64,000 bases of DNA from Kudoa neothunni. Its lineage: Eukaryota; Animalia; Cnidaria. Every line of letters starts with the position of its first letter. Within the stretch, counting starts at the first letter, position 1. The notes beneath the pieces were generated by a model. It worked only from the letters and a program-made list of their open reading frames with translations, was not told the DNA's origin and did no database searches. Below, one piece after another: positions 24,847 to 40,165 of the stretch. The DNA is taken from NCBI GenBank assembly GCA_964304625.1, contig OZ199838.1:8667904-8731903 (forward strand). Direction: 5' to 3'. Made by a program: the position numbers and the translations under genes.

Positions 24847-27167
24847 CCCTTTCAGTCGCATTGTTCACTGTTGTGAACAAACGATCATTTCGAGAAATAC
24901 ACGTTACCATTAACTAGTTGGAGATTAAAACTAGAATTTAATAAATAATTTTATTTACGCTTTGTTTTTTTATTTATATTTTATCATATTTAAAAAATGA
25001 TGACTTCAGATTGGAAGATACTTTTTCCTAAATGTGGATTAAAAAATCCTAACTTTATTCTTCAAATAAAAGCTTCTTGTGTTTTATAAATAAATCTTAA
25101 CAAAATATATAATATAGATATTTATTTTTAGTTTGTGTTTTTAAGTATTCATGTTAACTATTTAATTATTGCAAAAAATAGCGCTTAAATAATACGTGTT
25201 CACTACAGTGAACAACGGGCGTTTAAGACAAAAAGTTTGGGTTAGAATAGATGACGATTTAATCTTCAACGAATCAAACGGACGTAAAACTGGATTCGAA
25301 ATTATTGTTCTTCCAGACCTCGAAGTTTATTCCGATGATGAAATTAGAGACCTAACTTTTACACAGTTGGATGATTTATGTACTAACTTATTGGACGATC
25401 ATGAACTTATAGATGATGAAAATAACTTTAAACGAGTTAAAAAAGGACCTTGGATAAAGTTAACATAAGATGTCAACGTGAGCAATGACTTTAAGGAAGA
25501 TGATACTCGGATTGAACCGATTGATTGATTAGTTCAAATTTTTCTTCAGCAATGAATTACTTGAAATGGTATCCCACGAATCGAATATTCATGCAACTTA
25601 ACTTGGTTCAATCTTTCTTACAGATGTTGAAGAAATTCAAAAATTGATTGAAGTTTTGATTTTAATGGGAATTATTAGGATGCCTCGTTATCGCTGCCAC
25701 TGGAGAAAATCATTGTATTATCTATCCACCTATTTTTAACACATTTTCCAGAAATCTTTTTCAGCCAATATCAAAGTTTTTGCATTTTTGTAACAACGAT
25801 AAAATAATAAAGGATCATGAATCACCTCATTTTGATCGTTTCGCAATAATCAAGCTCTTTTTAGAACATCTTAAGACTGCTTGCTTAAGCCTTACGCCAG
25901 AAGTTAATAATTTTATAGATAAGCAAATGATTCCTCTTAAAGGAAAATGTAAAGTAACGCAATATCTTTCCAAGAAACCATCCAGATGGGGTTTAAAAGT
26001 TTTTGTAAGGTGTGGGGTCAGTGGAATTGTAATGATTTTCACCTATATGATGAGAAGAGTCCTACTGTCGACCAAGTCTGTTCTAGTTTCAGGAGATTTT
26101 GTAGTCAAACTTACTAAAACATTTTTTGTATACTTTGAGAACTACTTTACGTCAATTCCATTGCAAGTGTTTTTAAAAAATCATAATATCTATTCTGTTT
26201 GAACTATCAGGAGAAATAGAATTAAGAACTGCCTATTAACTCCTGTAAATGTTTTTTCAAAAAGTAGATGTGGTTTATATGAAAGAGCACAAGATCTTCA
26301 AAACGACATAATATTATCCCAATGATGTAACGGATCCGTGGTCGCTTTATCCTCAAGCTATTCATCCTTGGATCCCAGTTGCAACGCAGAGAGATTTTGT
26401 AGAAGCCAAGGACAAATGACCAATGTTGAATTCCCTAGTGTCGTTTCCGAGTAAAATAAAAATATGGAAGGGTTGATCTTTCGGACATGCTGATGGCTCT
26501 TTATAGGCTAGAACACAAATCCAAAAAATTTTATATGAAAATGTTCTTTTGGGGTTTAAATACAGCTGTTATCAATACCCAGACGCTCTATACTAGGAAC
26601 TCACTGATACGAAAGCGCGAAAGAAAGAGATTAAAGATTCTCTCTCATTCACCCAAACCAGAAGTGAATCTTTAATCTATCACAAAAAACAGATAGGGGT
26701 ACCGAAGCGAGGTCGACCAAGTCCTGACATATCTCAATTGGAGCCCTCGTCTTACGCAAAACGAAAAAAAATTAACGGGTTGTCAGATTTTATTAGATTT
26801 GACAATGTGGGACATTACCCTGATATGGTGGACTCCAAAAGCAGATGTCGCCTCTGTAAAAGAAGTACACAGTTTGTGTGTCTTAAATGCAATACAATCT
26901 GTTGTATTGTAAATGAAGAGATTGTTTTTACGATTTTCCCGAAAAAAAACTAAACAAGATTATTATAGTTTAATTTTTATCACTTAAGAAAATTTTCAAT
27001 ATTTTTTGTCGTGAAGTCCCGTTGTGCACTGTAGCAAACAACATAATGTTTGAAAAAATGTTTGTTGGGTAATTCCTATGCATAAGAATTTTATATTTGT
27101 GTTCACTGATATTTTTATTATTTGCAAAAAAATTTTAGCCTGAAAAAAAAATTTGGGCTTGAATGGG
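24847..27167 (+). mobile_element. Full-length piggyBac transposon with degraded transposase (about 25230-26950)
   Basis: TTAA|CCCTTTCAGTCGCA ... TGGGCTTGAATGGG|TTAA; TTGTTCAC..GTGAACAA palindromes; IDKQMIP, KKPSRWGLK, YFENYFTS and RCRLC..CLKC..CC, with many stops and frameshifts. Related to but distinct from the 12260 element. Confidence 0.9.
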
Positions 27168-28488
27168 TTAAAATATGAAATATTTCAACTAACGATTTCG
27201 CACATTTTCAATATTTCTCGTCATAGCGTTTAATTCATCGAATATTCGCTTTATAATACACATTTGCATATCAAAATTGATGTTAATACAAAAATATTAA
27301 ATTATAGTCGATCATTTATGGCTTAACATTTTGTTTACACAGGAATCTTTTTGCAGTTTTCCACATTTAAAGAATATTATTTTGAGGTGTTAAATTGAAA
27401 AATGTTATATATTATAAACTTTATAAAATATGTAAAATTTATTGATGTTAACTTTAATTCCAAGTAATTAAATTAAAAAATAACTAATTATTTAGATACT
27501 TGTGTTTAATTGAAACTGATATACGTGTAAGAATATCCATAAATTAATTCAAGTTTACTACGACTTTGTCGCTGAGTTTACTTGATTACTCTAGCTTTCA
27601 CTGCAGTTTTAGAAATTTATTTTCGCACATGAGAATATGAGGTGTCTCAGCTCAGCTTAATTTGTTATTCATTTTTTTTCATTATAGTAATATTCTCCCG
27701 TCACTAACTTTTTGAATATTTTTAAGAAAAGTAATGATTTTGATAATATAATAATTGGAAATATTAAAATAAGTTTATATTAGATATATTAAGAAAATTT
27801 ATAAATACACTGATTTTATTAATTTTTGTTACTAATTATAATTAAATAAACTTGTTAAATATTAAATATCAATGATTTAATTTTTGTACTAAATTACAAA
27901 TATACTATTGGATAATAATATAATATTAAACGATATCGCCATAGGCTCAAAAATGAAATAATTTTTTTTCCGTAAGTTTATAGATATTCGAATGTTTAAA
28001 ATTTTTGTTGTTGTTTTTGATAAACAAAGCAAAGAAATTAATAGAAACAACAACGTAAAAAAGAATTTACCAGAGTAAAAGGGGTAGAATAAATCCCACA
28101 TATCTAACACAACCGGTGAAGCAAAAAATACACAAGAAAAATTCTCATTAAAAGTAAAAAATATTATTACTTCAGTCGAGCGAGAATGCAAACATGTAAC
28201 TAAACAAACAAGGCTAATATTTTGATTATAATCACATTTAAATAATGTAATCGCAAATTTTGAAAATCAATAGGGTAAATATGATTAAAGTATTTATTGA
28301 TTTTAATTAAACCAATAGAATGTTAAAGTAAAGAGAGATTGCTTTGTGAGACGTCAGAAAACGACTTTAACGCACAAACCTGCAAAGAAAACAGAGGTAT
28401 GAGATCGATCGAAATAAATTCCAAAAAATACAATATCAATTTCTACAGTTAACTACTAAATACATTTCAAAATAGCGCTGAATAAGCG

Positions 28489-31400
28489 TCAATAACTGGA
28501 ATTTTGCATTTTGAGATACTCCAAAGCTTTTTCTTGCACGTTATTGAATCTACTATGCTGCGGCGGAAGCGATTTTTCGAAATCAGCATACTTTTTAAAA
28601 ACTGATTTCATTCGTTTAGGATTCAATCCAAGTGAAAGTAATCGTTCAAAAAGATCACGAACATATTCAGTATTAGTTTGTTTAATGTGTTGATCAATCA
28701 ACACAAACCATATGTCTATTCGATTGGGGTAGTTTTTGAGAATACCATCAAATATGGAACATGCCCTTTGATTATCACCATATTTAAATTCAAGAAGGCC
28801 GCTCTTAACTAGACAATCAATATGCTTCTTTTTATCCAGCACTCGAAGTGCTCTTGGCAACAATTTTCTCGCATCATCCAATCGTGAGTTCTGATAAAGA
28901 AATTGTAAATAGATAAGCCAAGATTTTTTGCTGTGTGCAAATTTTTTTATTAGAAGATTATGAATTTCTTCAGCTTTCAGCGGCTTTCCACTCGAATAAT
29001 AGATTGTGGTGAGACGTTGTAAGAGTTGCTTCTTATCACACAACTGGCTTGCTTGTCTATACGCTTGATCCATCGACTGTTCGTCACCAAATTCATTCTC
29101 AAGATTTAACAAACATATCCACATATTAAACCGATCGTTTTCATTTCTGTAGTTGATCACATTGAGAGTTCGTTTAATAATGTGACGAGCTTGTTCCAAA
29201 TCACCTGTTGTGTCCATAACAAATGCAACATAGCGAATCCACCATTGGGAATCATTTGGATTCGAGAGACATTCACGCTCATAGTCTTGGACGGTTTGAA
29301 GTTGACCTTCAACGATAGCCTGCTCTCGATTTCGAATAAATTTCTCTTCAGACAATGGATTATTAAAATTGGTCTCCTCCAAAGGCACAGACTTATTTCT
29401 GATAGGTTTCTTAGATGAGGCATCACCTACTTTATGAGGGACTGATTCATCATCTGAAGATGCATTCAAAAATGCAATGTCTCTCATAGCATCCTTATCA
29501 ATGAGGTTATTGCACAAATTGGATGCAGTCACCACCTTCATTGGTTTGGAGGAAGTCCTCACTGACGTTATTTTGTCCGTTAATACTTTATCCAATTCTT
29601 CAAAACACACCTCGATATGGTGCCTATCAAGAACTCGAACAACTTTTAGATTTAGCAAATCGCCGAGTTTGATCCGTTTCAACTTGGTTTGTGGTAATAT
29701 TTCGATTATTTGCTTGGTAATAACACCAATCACATTCAATGAAATACACACAGTGATATACATGGGTGAAACAAAAACAACATAGCCCTTCAAGCATTGA
29801 TCAGCTGCTAATTCAAATGTGTTCTCATAATCGGGATCGTTTATCGTAGTTGATGATGACCGAGCATTGCTGTTAGCCTTGATGACAGACTCTCTAAGAG
29901 AACACAACAAAACATTTTTAAAACGGCTTTGTGTGACAACAAACACATTCAACTTTTGAGATGGTTTGAACACACTTAACGGATGAAGAGCGTAACTATC
30001 GGATATTTGAGTTAAAGGTACCAGTGCACTTGATCCACTTTCCTCATCGAGTTTATGACAATCAACGAGTTGATTAGTGATATTCAAATGCAATCCAAGT
30101 TGGGAATCAACCTTTGTAATTGTTGCCTCAACACACTTTCCAATCAATGAAGAATGGGGCTCAGTAGTTTGATGATTACAGGGATCAATGAGTGGGTCCG
30201 TTAGGAACGTGGAAGAGGAATCTTTCATCCTCATTTGGTAATCAACAATAGATACACTGATACTGTTCTTAGTCGTTGACAAAATCTTAACCTTGACCAA
30301 CGCAGGCAATTGAATGTTCTTGATTGACTGGGCCGAGAACCATTTAAAAAATTCTGGACCTTGTACTTTGGCAGTTACTTTGAAGGATAACATTATCAGT
30401 GCATAATGATCTGTAATATGTTTAATGTAGCCTCGATGTGTGGATCCCACAGGCCCCAAGTCATCCATTGATCTCATTATTTTAATTTTTTTAAGATCGT
30501 CGTCTCCATCGCAGTTTGTGTGCAAATTCTTTTCCTTGTTAAAATGGGATAACAAAGACTTTTTAGATGACACAACAACACTTTTTGGAGATTCACCATC
30601 CACAACGACACATTCTACCGTTGATTTTAAGGGATAAATCTCTTGAGGATTTTCTGTGAAATCATCATCCACCTCAGTTATCGGTAAGAGAGCATGCACA
30701 CCATGGGCTAATTTCACAAGCTGTCCATAGTTGGGCAAATATTTAATCACTCTACCGAAAAAGCATGATCCAAGTTGTAATGGTTTCGGGGAGACAAAAT
30801 CCAATCCAACATTAAATATAGCCCTCTTATCACCGCTGGTTGTTCTGTTGTTAACTGCAGTTTGAAAAACAACACAGTGGATAGCAACACCTGGTTTCAA
30901 TGAATTAACATCAAAATCTCGTCTGTAATTGAGTAGTTCGATATGGTCCATTATAGCTGTCACATCGGGGTTAACGCTTAAAACTACACAGTTCTTTTGC
31001 ACCTCTTTTACGTAGGCAACAATCTTTTGATCAGGGAGGAGGATTGAATGAGCTGACTTGTGATCGCTGCTTTTGTGAATAAGGGACATTTCCAGTAGTC
31101 GATCAGAATGTTTCTTGAAACTCTTCTTGTTCAAGGAGCCGAATGTTTCCACCTGTCCGATAATAGCACCGTTCAATGAACTACCAACTAACACATCATC
31201 TAAAGGGTTGGAAAATGATGGTGGATCGGAAGAGAGCTCGGATACATGAACTCTGCCCAGTTGGTTTGTAGCTTTCACATGAACATAAACGAAACAACCA
31301 TTTACATTGTGTACTCTAATATTACAATGTTAATTCGATTAGAATGAAATGATTAAAATAATGATAAAACAAATAAAGCAGTTGTCTTACTTGCAAGGCT

Positions 31401-34400
31401 CGAAATCGCCACGAGTTAAGAGATTGGTTTCGAAATTATCAGGAATAAAAATACACACATTGTTGGTTAAAATTTTGGAAATATTTCCAACAACCGACTG
31501 CCCAACAACGTATATATCTGAAAGTTTACACAAATCTCCAAAGCCTTTAATTCCAACCCCGTAAAACACAGTATGTATAGGTTGTTCTTCAGTATCGATA
31601 CAAGTAATATGATGATCGTTAATTGAAACAACTGTAAGTTTAGTGGTTTGATTCAATTTATAATTGCAAGTGACATTTTCCAAATCCATTTCGTTGGAAT
31701 TCGATTGGATTTTTGTTGATTTTTTATTTTTTTTGCCGACGCTAGTCGGTAAAGCAACAGCATAGACAATATTTCGAACAATATCGCTGGCAACAATCAA
31801 TCCTTTCAGTTGTTGTGAAGGTTTAAATGTGGAATACAACCCTAAATGAAAAATAATAATAATCATTATGAAGAAAAACCACAGTCATTCACGTCAACAT
31901 AATTAATGTAACTACGGGCTCATAAATGCATAAATGACTATTAATGACCTACAGCATGCTCACAATACGCTTCCAATTCAAAAAATCTCATGTTCTGTAG
32001 GAGGCTAGATAATTAATTGTAATGATGAACTTTATATTGATTTAGTGTAGTGCTTTTACGCCATGTTTGTTTTCCATTTACAATATTAGCAGTGGAAAAA
32101 TCAAAAGTATATACTAAGGACAAAATAAACACAAAAATTTAATTCAATAAAATTATCGTCTATTTTTGTTTTAACCTTATAAATGAAGAAAGGCAGTAAA
32201 TAAATATAAGTATTTATAAAAATGTTTAGTTAAAAATTAACATAAAAAGATGATGATTAAAATAGGAAAAAAAGTCAAAATTGATTTAATTCATTCGATA
32301 ATGATTTTTGGCGTTATGTGAGCATGTGCTTATGAAATATCGTTGATTTTCAAGTCATATAATGACAAATATTAAAAGTGGTATAAATTCATCCACTTAT
32401 AATTAAGATAATATGTCATTCAACATTACAAACATTTAACTATAATATTTGTGAATTAACTTTTTATAAACGGAAAAGATATCAACTACATTTAAATTTT
32501 TATACCATAATTCTTTTAGTTATCATCCAAAAATTGGATCACTACAAATTAATTTGTTGGCTACAGTTGTAGCAACAAAATATTTAGAATAATAATAACA
32601 ACAATAAATTGAGATTAATGTGTTAACTTTACTTAAATAATTATTATAATTATAAAATTCTCCATTTAAATGTCTAATTAGATTATTTTAAGAGATAAAT
32701 AATTACACACATTTTTCGGTTGTTTATACTGCACTGTTCATTTTTATCGACAAATGTGGAGTGGAGGGGTCTGGTGTTTATTAATTATGTACTTTCTATA
32801 TATGCTATAGATGGAATAAAAATATATTTTTGTGAATTTTAATAAAATTCTCCGAGAAAATGTAAATTTATAATTTTTAGAACAAAATATATCTAAAGGG
32901 GTGCGCGTAGAACCCATAGTTACCTTTAAGGATCAGGCGTGTTACTAATTCAGTTAAATTACCAGCAAATGCCTCCAAATGTACAATCTTGCATTTGGAC
33001 GAATAAGACATCAATTTACAGATAACTTTCTCTGGAGATTTTATCTTTTTAACCTGAAAATGGACAAAATAAACGCAGCACTCAAAAATAGATGTTACCA
33101 CAAGATCGACGTATTCGCCTACATTAGGAATCACTTTTTCTGACGAATATTCTATCAGTGCTTTTTCAACCGAATTCATCTGCTTGAGGTAATTTTCCAG
33201 ATAGCCCACACCATGAAACTCACGATCACAGTATGTTCTAGTGGAAGAGGATGCAACTTTGTAAGGTGACATAAGTGAAAATCTTTTCGATTTTATAAAT
33301 AATTCGTGAACCTAATCAGAAATGAAACATTCATATCCTATCGATACAAAATAGATACTGTAACTAGGATAGTCTGCCCGATGATAAATAAACTTTCGGA
33401 TGAACTGATGTACTCATTGGAAATATTCTAAACCAATGCGATGATTAATGGTTGACGCAGAAAATCAATCAGATTAATTACGGATATTGGTAAAAGACCA
33501 ACAAGAGAAAATCCGATCATAACATTCACACCATTAGGCATGCAACTGACAACGATTCCGGGCAAGGTTTGGCCAACCTATTACAAATACATCTCGAAAA
33601 ATAAATATTTACACACAGAAAAATTACAATAAGATCTTCAAATTTCATCGGCAGTTTCTTTGAAATCGAGGTTTTCAGAAAACAACTTTTAAGAGTGATC
33701 ATCTACTCGAAAATGATGGAAAATTTTATTTTAGTAAATAACAAGAGAGGTTTTCGCATAGATAAACGACATTTTACTTGTCTAAATTTTACGGTTCGTA
33801 ATCTGAATCGATCGAACGTTTTAATAACAGACAATTACACGTTGTTAGGTAAAGTTAGGATTAAATAAAACAAGCATTAAAATAACTTTTATGATAAAAG
33901 CGCAACGACGTTATGAAACGAACCATAGTGGGTAAGCAAACAAAATTAAATTTATTCGTAAATTTAGGATTAACAGTTTGATAAAGATATATTTCGATAC
34001 GTTAGAAATTGTTTAGAATGAATTAAAACTACAAACTTCTATTATATTGTAACAACTCTTCGATTTATAAAGCTTCGGTACAATTATTAATTTGATTTAA
34101 AAAATATATTTGTCTGCAAAATGAGTATTCAATTGAGATTGATTCAATTTTTGTCATACATTGTTTAGTTTACGAATTGGATGAACATCGCCGGTGAATT
34201 CTAAGTAAGGGTGCTGCTTAAATATCTGATAAATTTTGAATTATAATTTATAAATAATATTTATGAATTAAAAAAACGTTTAATACACTGTCAAAACTGA
34301 TATAAAAAGATTTAAAGAAAAAAAAAGGATAGGCAAAAATAAAATGACTTATAAAGTTGTTATATAGAGAATAAAAATATTGTTTGATCACATAATTTTG

Positions 34401-37400
34401 ACGCTTAAAACATCAATTTAAATTTTTTAAGTAGGCTATTTTTATTTAGAAATCATTAAAGAAAATGAAATGGCTAGTGGCACGGGTCGTAATATCCAGG
34501 TAGGTCTAGTTTTAGCTGTATTTAATTATTTTTAGACCATCGCTATCGCTCCTAGAAACTAAAAATATTTAAATATAACATATTCTAAAAAACTAGATAT
34601 ATAAACAGTTTGTAAGTAGGAGTTGCTGAGATTAAAAATTTCAATGCGCAAGCGAGGTTGCTGTTTTGTATTAAAAACTTCACTGTCAATAGTCAGTGCC
34701 TACAAAATATCCTGTAATTTAGGAGTCTGAAAAATGACAACTTTCAAGTCAGTTAAACCCATAAATGTTGAAAAAATATAATATATATTGAAAATAAGAT
34801 TTAACTTAGAATTCTCTTGTAAGCAATTACACACGACCAAACGAGAAAAATTTAAAAGTTTGCGCGAAGCCAGACATAAACATTCAAAAATTTGCCACTA
34901 AATAGACACATCTCAAATATCATACGTAAAAAAATTCAATTCAAATCAACTCTAGCATGAAAATGGAAATAAATGAAGTAAAACAATACGTATATCAAAT
35001 GTAGATTGTGATCATTCATAGCGTACCAACAAATCTCCATATACGCACGTGCGCATACATTTAATCCACATGTCTTGCTTTTATTAGCCACCCATAAAAT
35101 TACTTTTTTACAATTAGCTATTTTTAATTACTCCTGACCGACTGCTACACCATATAAGGCTAAAAACAATTAACTATAATGAAATCACACACAAGGGATT
35201 GACCCAGGATTAAAAGGAGGTAAATCATTCCGGCCAGTAGCACAAACATAAATACAGCAGGTAATCGATTTCCCGTAATCCCCTTGGGACCAGAGAAAAG
35301 TTACTGAAAATGCATCACTGACAGATTTTACGTCCTTTTTTTGGTTCGCAAGCAGACAATGAAAAATATTTCGTATTGAAGTAATATAATAAAGTTCACC
35401 ATTATTAATTTTTAGAAATATTTTTAACACAGCTTGAAAATAATCTGGTGGCTATGTATTTAAATCGTTATCATATGCAATAATGAGGGTTTTAAACGAA
35501 ATACTTCTGTAGTTGGACTTTTAAAAATAAATTATTCGTTTATTGAGAGATAGTAGTTAACTTTCTGAATTTTTGTAATGATACGAGAATGATGTTATAT
35601 AATTTCTTCTCATGATTAAAAGTTGGGCTACAGAAATATACGTATAAATCGTTGACAATACTTTTGGAATTATTTTAAAAAATTAGGTATATTTTAAATG
35701 TTTCATCATCCTCGCTATCTCGTTTTTCTCGAATTGAATGAGTAAATTTTTATTGTTGTTAAAAAATCGTTAATTCTTGTGATGACAAATCAAAGGATGA
35801 TCTGAACAACTCCTAGAAATAGACGTATAAAATTAGCTCATAAATCATTTTCGATCCCTTTTCAGATGTGAATTGGATTCCAGACGTAAATCAAAGCTTA
35901 CTTTAGAAAATTTGTACATAATACAATAAATAAACGTGGTTCAATTGATTAAATAGTATAGTTTTATATAAATTGTAAAAAAAGCCAATAGTAGATCTTG
36001 CAGCAGCAACAGCAATCAATTGGTTCTACTAATTATGGTAACAGTTTTGATCGTATAAATGGTCACCCAAGAAAATTGACCATTTTTAATTATGGAGCGA
36101 CCTATAACCATAAAGTCTCTTAACGTAATAAATTCTTGCGAATTGAACTCTTTTATTAATTTTATTAGATATTTAATCATCTATAATAAATTGGTTTTCT
36201 TGACTCTGGTGCCTTTAATCAATTATAAACTGTAGCATCAAAATTATTGTTTGATCATTTTTTCAGGATATTTCTTTTGAATGAATCCAAGTTTATTTTA
36301 AATGAGGAAATCAATTAGACATTATTGTTTCAATAGTTTTTGAAGCTGAAATAGGTAGGAGATCAAAATCGCGAAATGTAAAAAATGGGATAATAATAAA
36401 CTTTTCTTGTTGGCTAAATTATTTAAAATGTTATCGTGGATGTAATTAATTAAAAAAGAGGATTTTGAAAATTGAGGTTGTAGCCGAAAAATTACGTAAA
36501 ATCGATAATCCCTATTTTTTATAAAAAACTTCTTTATACATTATTTTGTTGTAATTGTTAATTTCAATTACATAAAATAAACTGTCTGAAGTTAAAAAAA
36601 TAGTTTTCGCTTTGATAATTATGCATAAGAGAAGAAAAAGTAAAAGTACGTAAAATCGATTACCTACTGTATAATTTTTGAGCTTTAGCGCAAGCAGTTT
36701 CCTATTTAAAATCCAAACAAATCTTCCATATAGATTATTTAAAACGTTTATTTATTATAATTAGTTACATTAAATTTTTAATAATCAGAAATCTTATAGA
36801 AATTAGAAATAATTAAATATGGTTAAAACATAAGATATTAAATTTGTAAGTACAAAAAATAAAATTCTTTAGGACAAACTAAACTATGCTTTAAGATTAT
36901 ATGCTATTTGGTTCACTAACTAATTGAAAAATGCAACTTAGAATGGTGTTCGATTTATCAAGTAAACGAAAATACATCACACATGCTTGTAAGCGCAAAT
37001 TAATTTAAAAATTTGTCTGCGAAGATAACCCCTCTGTTAGTACTTTAGACAATAATTTACCAGCGTGGCGTTATTATTTCTTCCGAGGATAAGAGCTTTG
37101 TCAAGACCGTCCTTTTTACCACCACGTTTAACAATATGATACCAAATAGAAGATATATCCGAGAAATCAGACAATTGTCCAACTGGAATTGAGTGGTGTT
37201 TTTTCTGAGTAATTTTTTTAAAATGCTCATTGTGTGCAAAACGTATTTTGATATGATCATTATCAGGATCTTCATAGGACAATACATTCATTACCTAAAT
37301 GCAAAATAGTAAGGCTGCAATGATTATAGATTTACAAGCTCAGAAGAATCGACTGTGGTGATTGGAGCTGAAATATTTGAAACTAAATTATCACTATCGT

Positions 37401-40165
37401 GTGATTGAACATCACCACTATCAATATTTTCTAGTAACAATAGGCTGGAGTTATCCTATATATTGTAGGCGGATTATAAATACACATAAAATGGCGCCAA
37501 AAAACATGTCAACCAATAATTACTTTCAATGTTAGATGAAGTGTTTTTTCGGAAGGAACACATTTATATACAAATGCTTTGACTATTTTTCCTTGTTTAT
37601 ACACAGACATGAAACTTTTTCCGGACAATGAACCGCTAAATCGAACTAGCTATACAATTGGTTACAAAAATCAAATACTCAGTGTGGTTTTTGTGAAGAA
37701 TTCCGGTTACTCGGTTATAGAATTTAACAATGCAATAGTTTTCCTTGGTCAATAGAACGAAACCAACAAATGACATCCCCGGTTTAGCCATTCCATAACT
37801 ACTGAGAATAGGAGTTTTATCGTCGGTCATATCTTTAGATGACGTGAGTAGCATTTTGGTTTGTTGTGGATCGCATTCCAACACCTTACCAAGTTAGAGT
37901 AGGATTATGTGACAGAAAATTTACTCGGCATTTAATAGATTTATGTTCCATTAACATTTTTTTGGAATCAATATGTTTTGCCGTTAAATATGTGGGTAGG
38001 ATTCCTCTTAGTAAACCTCCAAATTCCAGAGTGACAGAGGAATCAGAAATGTTCAAAATTTCACCCTATATTTTATTAACTTTATTAGCTATCAATGCTG
38101 CACAAATCAATCCCTACTTTAATGATAGATCCAATCTCAACTTTATCATACGTAACGAAGGGCATATTAATTACGGACCTTGAATTCAGTGAATGTTAAT
38201 TTATCACACAAAAAACAGATAATAATTTACATTAAATCGCTCAGAATAAACACATTGTCAATCGGGTTATATCCAATTATTTTAACTCTAAGGAAAGACA
38301 CGTCACATCAAAGTCATGGGCACACGAAGATTAATAAATTGATACCTGTGTACTGAGTCGGCTGCATAATTCTCACTAATGCTTCCCTCCAACATTGGCA
38401 TTTTCATCCAAGATTTCTAAAACGAAACGTTCAAACAAGTTGACTTACAGTAAGGAAAACAAAAGAATTACTGTCAAAATGCCATAGCACTCTTCGAAAT
38501 CTTCCAATTTCATAACTACACCATAGCGCGGGAAAACATTTACGATACTTCCATCAGTTATTTGATTGATATGATCAAATCTTTCAGCGAAACTTGAATC
38601 AGCACCATCATTAATGCCGTCAACAACTCCATTGTTGAAAATTCGAGACCCAGATTTCAAATGTGGGCTCACACTAAGTCCAATACGCTTAGAAAGTGGA
38701 TCAACAAAAAGAACAGTAGCGTCAACCTTGATTAAATTAGAAATAAATTAATTAACACAATTCGAATACTGTTGAACTTATTTGACAGGACTGAAAACTC
38801 TTTAAGTGAAAGTTAGCAATAGTTGCATCGAATGTACCGAAAATTTTGGCAACGTTACCCAAAGGTTGACTCTAATAAAGATTGTTGTTGTTATTATGGA
38901 CATTAGAAATTAGGAAATGCCGAATGACCCATACAAATTCAATTACATGTATCATGTATAATTCTGATTATAGAGAATTATTTTTTGCTTTTAAAAGTTA
39001 AGAGATAAAATCGGAATAATTATATACAACAAATTCTTAAAGTTAAACAGCACCTGTACTCTACAGTTGGGTGATATGACTAATGAAAAATGGAATAAAA
39101 CGTTTGGACGAAATGACGCTTAGGGATTAAATTTGTAAAGGCCAGTAACAATAAAATAAAAAAATATGAAAAACTATTTCAACATATAAATGTTACATAC
39201 TTCCACAATCAAACATTTGACGCTATTTCCAGGCATTATACTGCCAAAGGGCATATCATCAAAACACTAAACATCATTAAACGCGCGTCAAACAACACAA
39301 GGCTAACATTAATGTCCTCAAATGTATCATTCACTAAATACAATCTTCCAGTGGAAGCTTCAGCAACGACAACATAAAAACTCATTCTGCCCAACTTTAG
39401 CTCTTTTTTGCCTGACATATTGATTCAATGTAGGGCTGGAAATCAAATCACCCAACCCAAAAATTACTTTTGAAAAAACCTTTCAATGTATGCGATCCAA
39501 AAGATATTTCATAACCACGATCTTCTTTGGCAGATACGTAACCCCACATAATCGTGCCTTTTCTTATATCACTTCCTTGCAAATTTGTGTATATATCCAT
39601 TGGTTTTATGGACAATCGTAAACGATTGGATTTATTTTCACCACTTGTACAACTAACCACCGTACAGCACAAAAATTGACCAATACTAAAGAATTCACGT
39701 AGGTTGATCAGTTTGGTTTTATTCTATTTGCTCACATTGAAAATTAGTTAATTAATTGAAGTAATTTACTGAGTTGGTCGAAGAATTGATCTCTTTTTCA
39801 AGTTTTTTCGATATAATTTCGTTCATATCACACGCATAAACATAACCATAAAGATTGTCTGGTAACAACACCACAAGGTGGTCACAGTAGATTTCTTTTA
39901 TAGAGCCTAAAAGCACCATTTCTGGGACAACATTCTACAGGAATAATGTGTAATTTGCGGTTCTAAATTAACTTTTACTTTCATATTCAGAGGAACAATC
40001 GATATATGCTCTGCATGTGTTACATTGTCCGTTGAATGTTGCTGTGCATTGCTCTCCTATAAAATAATTTGATAAACAATAAATTAAGGATTTAAAATTG
40101 TAAAAGCGGATCACTTCTTGCTTTCTTTTACGATTTGTACGTTTTGATCGAATAAAACCAGCCAT
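28489..40165 (-). CDS. RRP5: RRP5 (PDCD11) rRNA biogenesis protein, S1 repeats + C-terminal HAT/TPR; multi-exon
   Basis: 929-aa terminal ORF with DYERECLSNPNDSQWWIRYVAF, RFNMWICLLNLENEFG and YPNRIDIW. Upstream S1-repeat exons (GYVSAKEDRGYEISFG; DGSIVNVFPRYGVVMKL). Probable ATG at 40163-40165. Large introns at about 31842-32922 and 33706-37060. Confidence 0.93.

Noticed and set aside
27889-28191. 100-aa hydrophobic ORF downstream of RRP5
   Set aside because: F/I/L-rich composition expected from AT-rich non-coding DNA; non-ATG start; no motifs.
28511-31564. Several plus-strand ORFs opposite RRP5 (and similar ones opposite transposases)
   Set aside because: Antisense shadows of real coding frames.
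33890-34565. Antisense nested gene in the large RRP5 intron (plus-strand donors gtaagc, gtaagg, gtaggt; MASGTGRNIQ|TIAIAPRN)
   Set aside because: The exon candidates cannot be joined into a stop-free frame longer than about 20-40 codons, and no homology was recognised.
35460-36400. Possible transposase remnant in the RRP5 intron
   Set aside because: Only vague similarity (VDLAAATAINWFY); no termini or catalytic motifs I can support.
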